Source of the DNA: Escherichia coli 042
GTDB taxonomy: Bacteria > Pseudomonadota > Gammaproteobacteria > Enterobacterales > Enterobacteriaceae
Direction: 5' to 3' (one strand)
Assembly (NCBI RefSeq): GCF_000027125.1
Contig: NC_017626.1
DNA: 64,000 nt
Numbering within the stretch: position 1 is the stretch's first letter; every line of letters begins with the position of its first letter. The position numbers and the translations under genes were made by a program. The notes below the pieces were generated by a model. That model worked only from the letters and a program-made list of their open reading frames with translations. It had not been told where the DNA came from and searched no databases. Positions 32,460-41,926 of the stretch are shown piece by piece.

Positions 32460-34189
32460 GCCGGAAATCTTACCCCAACGTAAATGCTGCCAATCAGTAT
32501 GCCCGGGATGTCGTGCGCGGAAAGATTGTGGCCTGCCAGTTTGTGATTCAGGCCTGCCAGCGCCATCTTGATGACCTGATGGAGGAAAAAAGTAAGTCGT
32601 TTCGTTACCGCTTCGACAAGGACCTGGCTGAACGGGCCGCGAAATTTATTCAGCTGTTGCCGCACACCAAGGGTGAGTGGGCATTCAAACGGATGCCCAT
32701 CACGCTGGAGCCGTGGCAGCTATTTGTGATCTGCTGTGCGTTTGGCTGGGTCAATAAAGGCACCCGGTTGCGCCGCTTCCGGGAGGTGTATACCGAAATC
32801 CCCCGTAAGAACGGCAAATCAGCAATCTCTGCCGGTGTCGCCCTGTATTGTTTTGCCTGTGATAACGAGTTCGGCGCGGAAGTGTATTCCGGTGCCACGA
32901 CAGAGAAACAGGCATGGGAAGTCTTTCGTCCGGCAAGACTGATGTGTAAACGCACACCCATGCTGACGGAAGCGTTCGGGATTGAGGTTAACGCCTCAAA
33001 CATGAACCGTCCGGAGGATGGTGCGCGTTTTGAACCGCTGATCGGTAACCCCGGTGATGGTTCATCACCCCACTGTGCGGTGGTGGATGAATATCACGAG
33101 CACGCCACAGATGCGCTTTACACCACGATGCTTACCGGGATGGGGGCGCGACGTCAGCCACTGATGTGGGCTATCACTACCGCCGGGTACAACATTGAGG
33201 GGCCGTGCTACGACAAACGGCGGGAAGTCATCGAGATGCTCAACGGCTCGGTGCCTAACGATGAACTGTTCGGGATCATCTATACCGTTGATGAAGGTGA
33301 CGACTGGACCGACCCGCAGGTGCTGGAAAAAGCCAATCCAAATATTGGCGTGTCGGTTTATCGCGAATTTTTGTTAAGTCAGCAGCAGCGTGCGAAAAAT
33401 AACGCCCGTCTGGCAAACGTCTTTAAAACAAAACACCTCAATATCTGGGTGTCGGCGCGTTCGGCGTATTTCAACCTGGTGAGCTGGCAGAGCTGCGAGG
33501 ATAAATCACTGTCCCTTGAGCAGTTCGAGGGGCAGCCGTGCATTCTGGCCTTTGACCTGGCGCGTAAACTGGATATGAACAGCATGGCGCGACTTTATAC
33601 CCGCGAGATTGACGGTAAAACGCATTACTACAGTGTAGCCCCGCGTTTCTGGGTACCGTATGACACGGTGTACAGCGTCGAGAAAAATGAAGATCGACGG
33701 ACAGCCGAACGCTTTCAGAAATGGGTGGAAATGGGCGTTCTGACCGTTACCGATGGTGCGGAGGTGGATTATCGCTACATCCTCGAGGAGGCCAAAGCGG
33801 CGAACAAAATCAGCCCGGTCAGTGAGTCACCCATCGACCCCTTCGGGGCGACCGGGTTGTCACATGACCTTGCTGATGAAGACCTGAACCCCATCACTAT
33901 CATTCAGAACTACACCAACATGTCCGACCCGATGAAAGAGCTGGAAGCGGCAATTGAATCGGGGCGCTTTCATCATGACGGCAATCCCATCATGACCTGG
34001 TGTATCGGCAACGTGGTCGGCAAAACCATTCCGGGTAACGATGATGTGGTGAAACCCGTCAAAGAGCAGGCGGAAAACAAAATCGATGGTGCAGTTGCGC
34101 TGATTATGGCGGTTGGCAGAGCCATGCTGTACGAGAAAGAAGACACGCTGTCTGACCACATTGAGTCCTACGGGATCCGCTCGCTTTAA
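32456..34189 (+). CDS. Terminase large subunit
   Basis: 577 aa; ATPase and nuclease motifs; position before portal. Confidence 0.9.
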
Positions 34190-34200
34190 CTGAGGTAATT

Positions 34201-34383
34201 ATGATCATGCTGATTCTCGCGCCTCTGGTGGGCGTGCTGGGTGCGCTTTTGCTGGCATATGGTGCCTGGCTGATTTATCCCCCGGCGGGTTTTGTTGTTG
34301 CCGGGGCGCTGTGCCTGTTCTGGTCGTGGCTGGTGGCGCGATATCTCGATCGTACACAGCTGTCTGTCGGCGGAGGTAAATAG
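34201..34383 (+). CDS. Small hydrophobic protein
   Basis: 60-aa ORF between terminase and portal. Confidence 0.35.
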   Translation: MIMLILAPLVGVLGALLLAYGAWLIYPPAGFVVAGALCLFWSWLVARYLDRTQLSVGGGK

Positions 34384-35624
34384 TGTTCTTTTCGGGATTA
34401 TTTCAACGAAAAAGTGACGCACCGGTGACCACGCCAGCAGAGCTGGCGGATGCCATCGGGTTGTCCTACGACACCTATACCGGAAAGCAGATCAGCAGCC
34501 AGCGGGCCATGCGACTGACGGCGGTTTTTTCCTGTGTCAGGGTGCTGGCGGAGTCGGTCGGGATGTTGCCCTGCAACCTGTATCACCTGAACGGCAGCCT
34601 GAAGCAGAGAGCCACCGACGAACGTCTGCATAAGCTGATCTCCACGCATCCCAATGGCTATATGACGCCGCAGGAGTTCTGGGAGCTGGTGGTCACCTGT
34701 CTGTGCCTGCGGGGAAACTTTTACGCCTACAAAGTGAAAGCATTTGGCGAAGTGGCTGAACTGCTGCCCGTCGATCCCGGCTGTGTGGTACCGAAGCTTA
34801 ACAGTAGCTGGGAGCCGGTCTATCAGGTCACATTCCCGGATGGCTCCACGGATGTACTGAGCCAGGAGGATATCTGGCATGTGCGCACGCTGACGCTGGA
34901 CGGTCTGGTGGGACTGAATCCCGTCGCCTATGCCCGTGAGGCAATATCGCTGGCAGCTGCGACCGAAGAGCACGGGGCCAGACTGTTCAGCAATGGCGCG
35001 GTGACGTCGGGTGTGTTGCGTACAGAACAGACGCTGTCGGATCAGGCTTATGAGCGCCTGAAGAAAGATTTTGAGGAGCGTCACACCGGGCTTGGTAATG
35101 CTCACCGCCCGATGATCCTTGAGATGGGGCTGGACTGGAAGTCGATGGCGCTGAACGCCGAGGACAGCCAGTTCCTGGAAACCCGCAAGTTTCAGCTTGA
35201 AGAAATCTGTCGTCTGTTCCGGGTGCCGTTGCACATGGTGCAGAACACCGATCGCGCCACCTTCAACAATATCGAAGAGCTGGGGCTGGGATTTATCAAC
35301 TATTCACTGGTGCCGTATCTGACCCGCATCGAACAGCGGATCAACACCGGACTGGTACGAAAAAGTAAGCAGGGCGTTTATTACGCCAAATTTAACGCCG
35401 GGGCGTTACTGCGCGGGGATATGAAGTCCCGTTTTGAAGCCTACGCCACCGGGATCAACTGGGGAATTTACTCTCCCAATGACTGCCGCGATCTGGAAGA
35501 TATGAATCCGCGTCCCGGTGGTGATGTCTATCTCACACCGATGAACATGACCACGAAACCCTCCGATGGCAGTAAAGCCGGTAAGCAGAAGGATAACGCC
35601 AATGCAGACGAAACAACGTCTTGA
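34383..35624 (+). CDS. Portal protein (HK97 family)
   Basis: 413 aa in terminase-portal-protease-capsid order. Confidence 0.85.
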   Translation: MFFSGLFQRKSDAPVTTPAELADAIGLSYDTYTGKQISSQRAMRLTAVFSCVRVLAESVGMLPCNLYHLNGSLKQRATDERLHKLISTHPNGYMTPQEFWELVVTCLCLRGNFYAYKVKAFGEVAELLPVDPGCVVPKLNSSWEPVYQVTFPDGSTDVLSQEDIWHVRTLTLDGLVGLNPVAYAREAISLAAATEEHGARLFSNGAVTSGVLRTEQTLSDQAYERLKKDFEERHTGLGNAHRPMILEMGLDWKSMALNAEDSQFLETRKFQLEEICRLFRVPLHMVQNTDRATFNNIEELGLGFINYSLVPYLTRIEQRINTGLVRKSKQGVYYAKFNAGALLRGDMKSRFEAYATGINWGIYSPNDCRDLEDMNPRPGGDVYLTPMNMTTKPSDGSKAGKQKDNANADETTS

Positions 35625-36252
35625 TGTACCGCTGAGTCTGAAGTCTGTCAGTGACTCCGGTGAGTTTGAAGGGTATGGCTCCGTCTTTGGTGTAAAGGAC
35701 AGCCACGATGATGTGGTGATGTCCGGGGCATTTGCCGCCTCCCTGCGGGCGTGGAGTGACAGAAAAGCGTTACCTGCGCTGCTCTGGCAGCACCGCATGG
35801 ATGAGCCCATCGGTGTTTACACCGAAATGAAGGAAGACGATGTCGGGCTTTACGTCAGGGGGCGGTTGCTCATTGATGATGATCCCCTGGCAAAACGCGC
35901 ACATGCACACATGAAGGCCGGTTCGTTAACCGGCCTTTCTATTGGGTACGTCCTGAAAGACTGGGAATACGACCGGACGAAAGAAGCCTTTCTGCTAAAA
36001 GAAATCGACCTCTGGGAAGTCAGTCTGGTGACGTTCCCGTCTAACGACGAGGCACGGATCAGCGACGTCAAGAACGCGCTGGCCCGCGGGGAAATCCCCG
36101 AACAGAAAAAAATCGAAAGAGTCCTGCGTGATGTCGGACTCTCCCGTACCCAGGCCAAAGCATTCATGGCCGGGGGCTATAGCGCACTGTCCCTGCGCGA
36201 CGCTGAGGATGTGAGCTCTGCACTGAATGCACTGAAAAATCTGAACTTCTAA
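35602..36252 (+). CDS. Prohead protease (HK97 family)
   Basis: Trimmed to Met after RBS AAGGATAA; between portal and capsid. Confidence 0.8.
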   Translation: MQTKQRLDVPLSLKSVSDSGEFEGYGSVFGVKDSHDDVVMSGAFAASLRAWSDRKALPALLWQHRMDEPIGVYTEMKEDDVGLYVRGRLLIDDDPLAKRAHAHMKAGSLTGLSIGYVLKDWEYDRTKEAFLLKEIDLWEVSLVTFPSNDEARISDVKNALARGEIPEQKKIERVLRDVGLSRTQAKAFMAGGYSALSLRDAEDVSSALNALKNLNF

Positions 36253-36266
36253 TCAGGAGAAATACG

Positions 36267-37472
36267 ATGGCGGTAGATATTAAAGATGTCGAACAGGTCG
36301 CGCAGGAGCTGCAGCAGAAGTTTGACGACTTCAAAGCAAAGAACGACAAGCGCGTGGAGGCGATTGAGCAGGAAAAAGGCAAACTTGCCGGGCAGGTGGA
36401 AACCCTGAACGGAAAACTCAGCGAGCTGGAAAATCTCAAAAGCGACCTTGAAAAAGAGCTGCTTGAGCTGAAACGTCCGGCAGGTGGTGCGCAAAATAAA
36501 CTGGCCACCGAGCATAAAGAGGCGTTTGTGGGTTTTCTGCGTAAAGGCCGTGAAGACGGTCTGCGCGATCTGGAGCGTAAGGCATTGCAGGTGGGCACCG
36601 ATGAAGACGGTGGCTACGCCGTGCCGGAAGAACTGGATCGCAACATTCTCAACCTGCTGAAAGATGAAGTGGTGATGCGTCAGGAAGCCACGGTGATCAC
36701 CGTTGGCGGTTCCGACTACAAAAAACTGGTGAATCTGGGCGGTACGGCTTCCGGATGGGTGGGGGAAACGGATACGCGATCCCAGACTGCCACCTCCAGA
36801 CTGGAGCTGATTGAACCTCTCATGGGGGAAATCTACGGTAACCCGCAGGCCACCCAGAAAATGCTGGACGATGCCTTTTTCAACGTGGAGGCCTGGATCA
36901 ACAGCGAGCTGGCAACCGAATTTGCCGAACAGGAAGAAATTGCCTTTACCTCCGGCGATGGCACCAAGAAGCCAAAAGGGTTCCTGGCGTATGAATCCAC
37001 CGATGAAACCGATAAGGTCCGGGCGTTCGGCAAACTTCAGCATATTGTATCCGGCGAAGCGACGGCGGTGACCGCAGACGCCATTATCAAACTGATTTAC
37101 ACGCTGCGTAAGGCACACCGCACTGGCGCGAAATTCATGATGAACAACAACAGCCTGTTTGCCATCCGTCTGCTGAAAGACAGCGAGGGTAACTATCTGT
37201 GGCGTCCGGGGCTGGAACTGGGGCAGCCGTCCTCTCTGGCGGGTTACGGTATCGCTGAAAACGAACAGATGCCGGATATCGCCGCTGATGCGAAAGCCAT
37301 TGCATTTGGTAACTTCAAACGGGGTTACACCATCGTTGACCGTATCGGCACCCGCATTCTGCGTGACCCGTACACCAATAAACCGTTTGTCGGTTTTTAT
37401 ACCACCAAGCGCACCGGCGGGATGCTGGTCGATTCGCAGGCCATCAAACTGCTGAAGATTGCAGCGGCGTAA
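36267..37472 (+). CDS. Major capsid protein (HK97 fold) with N-terminal delta domain
   Basis: 401 aa; N-terminal coiled coil then capsid domain. Confidence 0.88.
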   Translation: MAVDIKDVEQVAQELQQKFDDFKAKNDKRVEAIEQEKGKLAGQVETLNGKLSELENLKSDLEKELLELKRPAGGAQNKLATEHKEAFVGFLRKGREDGLRDLERKALQVGTDEDGGYAVPEELDRNILNLLKDEVVMRQEATVITVGGSDYKKLVNLGGTASGWVGETDTRSQTATSRLELIEPLMGEIYGNPQATQKMLDDAFFNVEAWINSELATEFAEQEEIAFTSGDGTKKPKGFLAYESTDETDKVRAFGKLQHIVSGEATAVTADAIIKLIYTLRKAHRTGAKFMMNNNSLFAIRLLKDSEGNYLWRPGLELGQPSSLAGYGIAENEQMPDIAADAKAIAFGNFKRGYTIVDRIGTRILRDPYTNKPFVGFYTTKRTGGMLVDSQAIKLLKIAAA

Positions 37473-37521
37473 TCACTCAGGGGCGCGGAACCGCGCCCCC
37501 TGTTCTGACGGGTGAAGAATC

Positions 37522-37722
37522 ATGATCCTGAAACAAGATCTGAAATGGTCACCGGACGGTATGCGTGTTGAGGTCATTCGGGCCGGTGAGTATGACGACG
37601 GGGCGCTTCCTGCCCGGGTGCAGGAGATTGCACTTCAGGCCGGGTTAGCAGAGCGCGGAACCAGTGCAAAAAGCAGTAAAGCGACAAAAGAGAAAAAAGC
37701 CACGACCAGTAAAGAGGGCTGA
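37522..37722 (+). CDS. Hypothetical small head-region protein
   Basis: 66-aa ORF with Lys/Ser-rich tail. Confidence 0.35.
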   Translation: MILKQDLKWSPDGMRVEVIRAGEYDDGALPARVQEIALQAGLAERGTSAKSSKATKEKKATTSKEG

Positions 37723-37724
37723 GT

Positions 37725-38048
37725 ATGCTTCTGACAATGGAAGAGATTAAAGCCCAACTCCGGCTGGATGAGGATTTTGATGCTGATGACCGCCATCTGC
37801 AACTGCTGGCCTGTGCGGCGCAAAAGCGGACGGAAACGTATCTGAACCGGAAGCTCTATGCACCGGATGAAACCATTCCGGACAGCGATCCGGACGGGCT
37901 GCACCTGCCGGATGATATTCGTCTGGGGATGCTGATGCTTATCAGCCATTTTTACGAAAACCGCTCGTCGGTTACGGAAGTGGAGAAACTCGACATGCCG
38001 CAGAGTTTTGGCTGGCTTGTCGGCCCGTACAGGTACTTTCCGCAATGA
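37725..38048 (+). CDS. Head-tail connector (gp6-like)
   Basis: 107 aa; position after capsid. Confidence 0.65.
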   Translation: MLLTMEEIKAQLRLDEDFDADDRHLQLLACAAQKRTETYLNRKLYAPDETIPDSDPDGLHLPDDIRLGMLMLISHFYENRSSVTEVEKLDMPQSFGWLVGPYRYFPQ

Positions 38049-38455
38049 AAATTCGTCAGGCGCAGACCAGCGCAACCTACATTCTGCCGGACCCCGGTGA
38101 ACTGAATAAACGCGTCCTGATCCGCCAGCGGGTGGATATGCCCGCGGATAACTTTGGCGTGGAGCATCAATACCCGGTTACGTTCCGGACATGGGCGAAG
38201 GTTATCCAGACCAGTGCCACCACCTGGCAGGAAACCGCGCAGACTGGAGACGCCATCACCCATTACATCACCATTCGCTACCGCCGGGGGATCACCGCTG
38301 ATTATGAGGTGGTCTGCGGTGACAGTGTGTACCGGGTGAAACGTCAGCGCGATCTGAACGGGGCGCGGCGCTTTCTGCTGCTGGAGTGTACGGAACTGGG
38401 CGAATTTACGCAGAGTCACGGAGGCAGCAATGGCGACTCCCTTTTTTCACGTTGA
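38045..38455 (+). CDS. Head closure / head-tail adaptor protein
   Basis: 136 aa, overlapping neighbours in head-tail joining block. Confidence 0.55.
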   Translation: MKIRQAQTSATYILPDPGELNKRVLIRQRVDMPADNFGVEHQYPVTFRTWAKVIQTSATTWQETAQTGDAITHYITIRYRRGITADYEVVCGDSVYRVKRQRDLNGARRFLLLECTELGEFTQSHGGSNGDSLFSR

Positions 38456-38936
38456 TGTTCAGCAGCCCGCGGAGATGCGCTTTAACCGCGCCCGTGTCCG
38501 GCGGGCGTTTGTCACGATTGGGCAGCGTCATATGCGTGATGCCCGTCGGCTGGTGATGCGCCGTGCGCGGTCGGCACCGGGTGAAAATCCCGGTTATCAG
38601 ACCGGACGTCTGGCTCGTTCGATTGGTTACATGGTGCCGAGAGCCAGTAAAAAGCGAGCCGGTTTTATGACACGCATTGCCCCTAACCAGCGCAACGGGA
38701 AGGGGAACCGGATGATCTCTGGTGACTTCTATCCGACGTTTCTGTTTTTTGGTGTCCGGGGAGGAGCAAAACGTCGTCGTAGCCATCATCGTGGTGCATC
38801 CGGTGGCAGCGGCTGGCGGCTGGCTCCACGTAATAACTTTATGGTGGAAACTCTTGAAAAGAACCGCAGCTGGACACGCTATTTTCTGGCGCGGGAATTG
38901 CGTAAATCACTGAAGTCGGAGCGACGACGCAGATGA
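38430..38936 (+). CDS. Head-tail joining protein
   Basis: 168-aa basic protein in neck gene block. Confidence 0.5.
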   Translation: MATPFFHVDVQQPAEMRFNRARVRRAFVTIGQRHMRDARRLVMRRARSAPGENPGYQTGRLARSIGYMVPRASKKRAGFMTRIAPNQRNGKGNRMISGDFYPTFLFFGVRGGAKRRRSHHRGASGGSGWRLAPRNNFMVETLEKNRSWTRYFLARELRKSLKSERRRR

Positions 38937-39493
38937 AACTGACGCCTGTTATTGCTGCGCTGCGTGCCCGCTGCCCGTATTTTGAAAACCGGGTGGCAGG
39001 CGCGGCACAGTTCAAAAATCTGCCGGAGGTCGGAAAGCTGAGACTCCCGGCGGCGTATGTGGTACCGGGTGATGACTCTCCGGGAGAAAACAAAAGCCAG
39101 ACCGACTACTGGCAGGAGCTGAAAGAGGGCTTCTCCGTGGTTGTCATACTGAGTAACGGGCGTGATGAGCGCGGTCAGTTTGCTTCGTATGATGTGGTGG
39201 ACGATGTCCGGCAGATGCTCTTTAAGGCCCTGCTGGGCTGGACCCCGGAAGCGTGCGGTAACCCGATTACCTATGACGGCGGCACGCTGCTGGATCTGAA
39301 TCGTCATGAGCTGATTTATCAGTTCGATTTTTCGGTCATCAGCGAGCTGACCGAAGACGATACCCGCCAGCAGGATGAGCTGAACAGTCTGGATGAACTG
39401 CGAACGCTGGCGATTGATGTTGATTATTTCGATCCCGGTAACGGGCCTGACGGCGATATCGAACATCACACCGAAATAACCCTTCCTTCCTGA
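38933..39493 (+). CDS. Tail completion / neck protein
   Basis: 186-aa ORF immediately upstream of sheath gene. Confidence 0.5.
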   Translation: MKLTPVIAALRARCPYFENRVAGAAQFKNLPEVGKLRLPAAYVVPGDDSPGENKSQTDYWQELKEGFSVVVILSNGRDERGQFASYDVVDDVRQMLFKALLGWTPEACGNPITYDGGTLLDLNRHELIYQFDFSVISELTEDDTRQQDELNSLDELRTLAIDVDYFDPGNGPDGDIEHHTEITLPS

Positions 39494-39501
39494 GAATCTT
39501 C

Positions 39502-39672
39502 ATGTTTGTGAAACCTGTTAAAGGGCGGTCAGTGCCTGACCCTGCCCGCGGTGACCTTTTGCCCACCGAAGGGCGAAATGTTGACGAGAACAACTACTGG
39601 CTGCGCCGTGAAGCAGCGGGTGATATCCGGCGCGTGAATAAAAAGGTGAACACCGATGACGACAAGCTTTAA
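39502..39672 (+). CDS. Small hypothetical protein overlapping sheath start
   Basis: 56 codons from ATG 39502 to TAA 39670-39672; below track cutoff. Confidence 0.3.
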   Translation: MFVKPVKGRSVPDPARGDLLPTEGRNVDENNYWLRREAAGDIRRVNKKVNTDDDKL

Positions 39673-41152
39673 CACCATTCCGTCGAATACGCTGGTTCCG
39701 CTGTTTTATGCGGAAATGGATAACCAGGCGGCGAATACTGCACAGGACAGCGGGGCATCGTTGCTGATTGGTCACGCCAATAACGGTGCAGAGATTGTTG
39801 CCAACAGTCTGGTGCTGATGCCGTCGGCAGACTATGCACGCCAGATTTGTGGTGCGGGAAGTCAGCTGGCGCGTATGGTTGAGGCTTATCGCCAGACCGA
39901 CCCGTTTGGTGAGCTGTATGTGATTGCCGTTCCTGAATCCACGGGCGCGGCGGCAACAGTTACGCTGACGGTGACCGGGGCGGCAACCGAAACCGGCACG
40001 GTGAATGTTTATGTGGGACGTACCCGCGTGCAGGCACCGGTGACCAACGGCGATAACGTCGCGACCATTGCCAGCAGTATCCAGGATGCCATCAATGCCG
40101 TTCCGACTCTGCCGTTTACAGCTTCATCTTCGGCTGGTGTGGTCACGCTGACCGCGCGTCATAAGGGGCTTTGCGGGAATGAAATTCCTGTCAGCCTCAA
40201 TTACTACGGCTTCGGTGGGGGCGAAGTGCTGCCAGCGGGCGTACAGATTGCCGTGGCGACGGGGACCGCCGGAACGGGCGCTCCGGTTCTCACCGGCGCG
40301 GTGGCTGCAATGGCGGATGAGCCGTTTGATTATATCGGCCTGCCGTTCAACGACACGGCCTCCGTTAACACGCTGGTGACCGAGATGAACGATACCAGCG
40401 GTCGCTGGAGCTATGCGCGTCAGCTGTATGGTCATGTGTATACGGCAAAGACCGGTACGCTGTCAGAACTGGTGACCGCAGGTGACCAGTTTAACCAGCA
40501 GCACATTACCCTGGCGGGGTACGAAAAAGAGACCCAGACGCCTGCCGACGAACTGGCGGCAAGCCGTACCGCCCGCGCAGCGGTGTTTATTCGCAACGAT
40601 CCGGCACGTCCCACGCAGACCGGTGAGCTGGTGGGTATGCTGCCTGCGCCGAAGGGGAAACGGTTCACGATGACCGAACAACAGACCCTGCTGTCTCATG
40701 GCGTGGCAACGGCGTATGTCGAAAGCGGGGTACTGCGCATTCAGCGTGATGTCACCACGTACAGGAAAAACGCTTACGGGGTTGCGGATAACAGCTACCT
40801 AGACAGCGAGACGCTGCATACCAGCGCGTATGTACTGCGCAAACTGAAATCCGTCATTACCAGTAAGTACGGGCGTCACAAGCTTGCCAGCGACGGTACC
40901 CGCTTTGGTCCCGGTCAGGCGATTGTCACACCGGCGGTGATCAAAGGGGAACTGCTGGCAACCTACCGTCAGCTTGAGCGTGCGGGGATCGTGGAAAACT
41001 ACGAACTGTTTAAGCAGTACCTGGTTGTGGAGCGTGATGCCAGCGATCCGAACCGCCTGAACACGCTGTTCCCGCCTGACTATGTTAACCAGTTGCGTGT
41101 CTTTGCCGTGGTTAACCAGTTCCGTCTTCAGTATTCAGAGGAGTCTGCATAA
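39656..41152 (+). CDS. Contractile tail sheath protein (Mu L-like)
   Basis: 498 aa followed by tube, chaperone, tape measure. Confidence 0.85.
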   Translation: MTTSFNTIPSNTLVPLFYAEMDNQAANTAQDSGASLLIGHANNGAEIVANSLVLMPSADYARQICGAGSQLARMVEAYRQTDPFGELYVIAVPESTGAAATVTLTVTGAATETGTVNVYVGRTRVQAPVTNGDNVATIASSIQDAINAVPTLPFTASSSAGVVTLTARHKGLCGNEIPVSLNYYGFGGGEVLPAGVQIAVATGTAGTGAPVLTGAVAAMADEPFDYIGLPFNDTASVNTLVTEMNDTSGRWSYARQLYGHVYTAKTGTLSELVTAGDQFNQQHITLAGYEKETQTPADELAASRTARAAVFIRNDPARPTQTGELVGMLPAPKGKRFTMTEQQTLLSHGVATAYVESGVLRIQRDVTTYRKNAYGVADNSYLDSETLHTSAYVLRKLKSVITSKYGRHKLASDGTRFGPGQAIVTPAVIKGELLATYRQLERAGIVENYELFKQYLVVERDASDPNRLNTLFPPDYVNQLRVFAVVNQFRLQYSEESA

Positions 41153-41508
41153 TGGCCCGTATCGGGGGAACCTGTTATTTCAAAATTGACGGTCAGCAGC
41201 TATCGCTGACCGGCGGCATTGAGGTGCCCATGAACAGGACGGTCAATGATGACATCATCGGCCTGGACGGTTCAGTGGACCGCAAGGAAACTCACCGTGC
41301 GCCTTATGTCAAAGGGACCTTCAAGGTGCCGAAGAATTTTCCGGTGAGCAAAATCACCTCGTCTGATGAGATGACCATCACTGCCGAGCTGGCGAACGGT
41401 CAGGTCTATGTATTGTCGTCAGCCTGGCTGCACGGCGAAGCGAACCATAATGCCGAAGAAGGCACAGTCGATCTTGAGTTCCACGGTGAAGAAGGGGATT
41501 ACCAGTAA
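41152..41508 (+). CDS. Tail tube protein (Mu M-like)
   Basis: 118 aa directly after sheath. Confidence 0.8.
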   Translation: MARIGGTCYFKIDGQQLSLTGGIEVPMNRTVNDDIIGLDGSVDRKETHRAPYVKGTFKVPKNFPVSKITSSDEMTITAELANGQVYVLSSAWLHGEANHNAEEGTVDLEFHGEEGDYQ

Positions 41509-41777
41509 TGAAAGAGCTTGAGTTAAAGAAACCGATTATTGCTCATGGCGAGACACTCTCCGTACTGGAGTTTGATGAACCCACCGGGAAGGATGTCCGC
41601 GAGCTGGGGTATCCCTACCAGATGAATCAGGATGAGTCCGTCAGACTTCTGGCGCATGTGGTGTCGAAATACATTGTGCGGCTGGCGAAAGTGCCGCAAA
41701 GCTCTGTCGACCAGATGTCTCCGGCAGACCTGAATGCAGCGGCGTGGCTTGTGGCTGGTTTTTTCCTCCAGGCCTGA
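41508..41777 (+). CDS. Tail assembly chaperone
   Basis: 89 aa before tape measure; slippery heptamer T_TTT_TTC at 41759-41765. Confidence 0.75.
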   Translation: MKELELKKPIIAHGETLSVLEFDEPTGKDVRELGYPYQMNQDESVRLLAHVVSKYIVRLAKVPQSSVDQMSPADLNAAAWLVAGFFLQA

Positions 41778-41926
41778 CGGCTGAATACCTCACTGATCGC
41801 TTCTTTGACTGCGCCAGCTACTGGCGCATTAATCCCTTCGAATTGCTGAATATGCCGATCAGTGAAATTCCCTTGCTGGTCAGTCAGGCAAACAGGATAG
41901 AGCAGGAGAAACGCACACATGGCTGA
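41744..41926 (+). CDS. Predicted -1 frameshift extension of the tail assembly chaperone
   Basis: -1 frame ORF overlapping the chaperone 3' end and running to 41926, just before tape measure start. Confidence 0.55.
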   Translation: MACGWFFPPGLTAEYLTDRFFDCASYWRINPFELLNMPISEIPLLVSQANRIEQEKRTHG

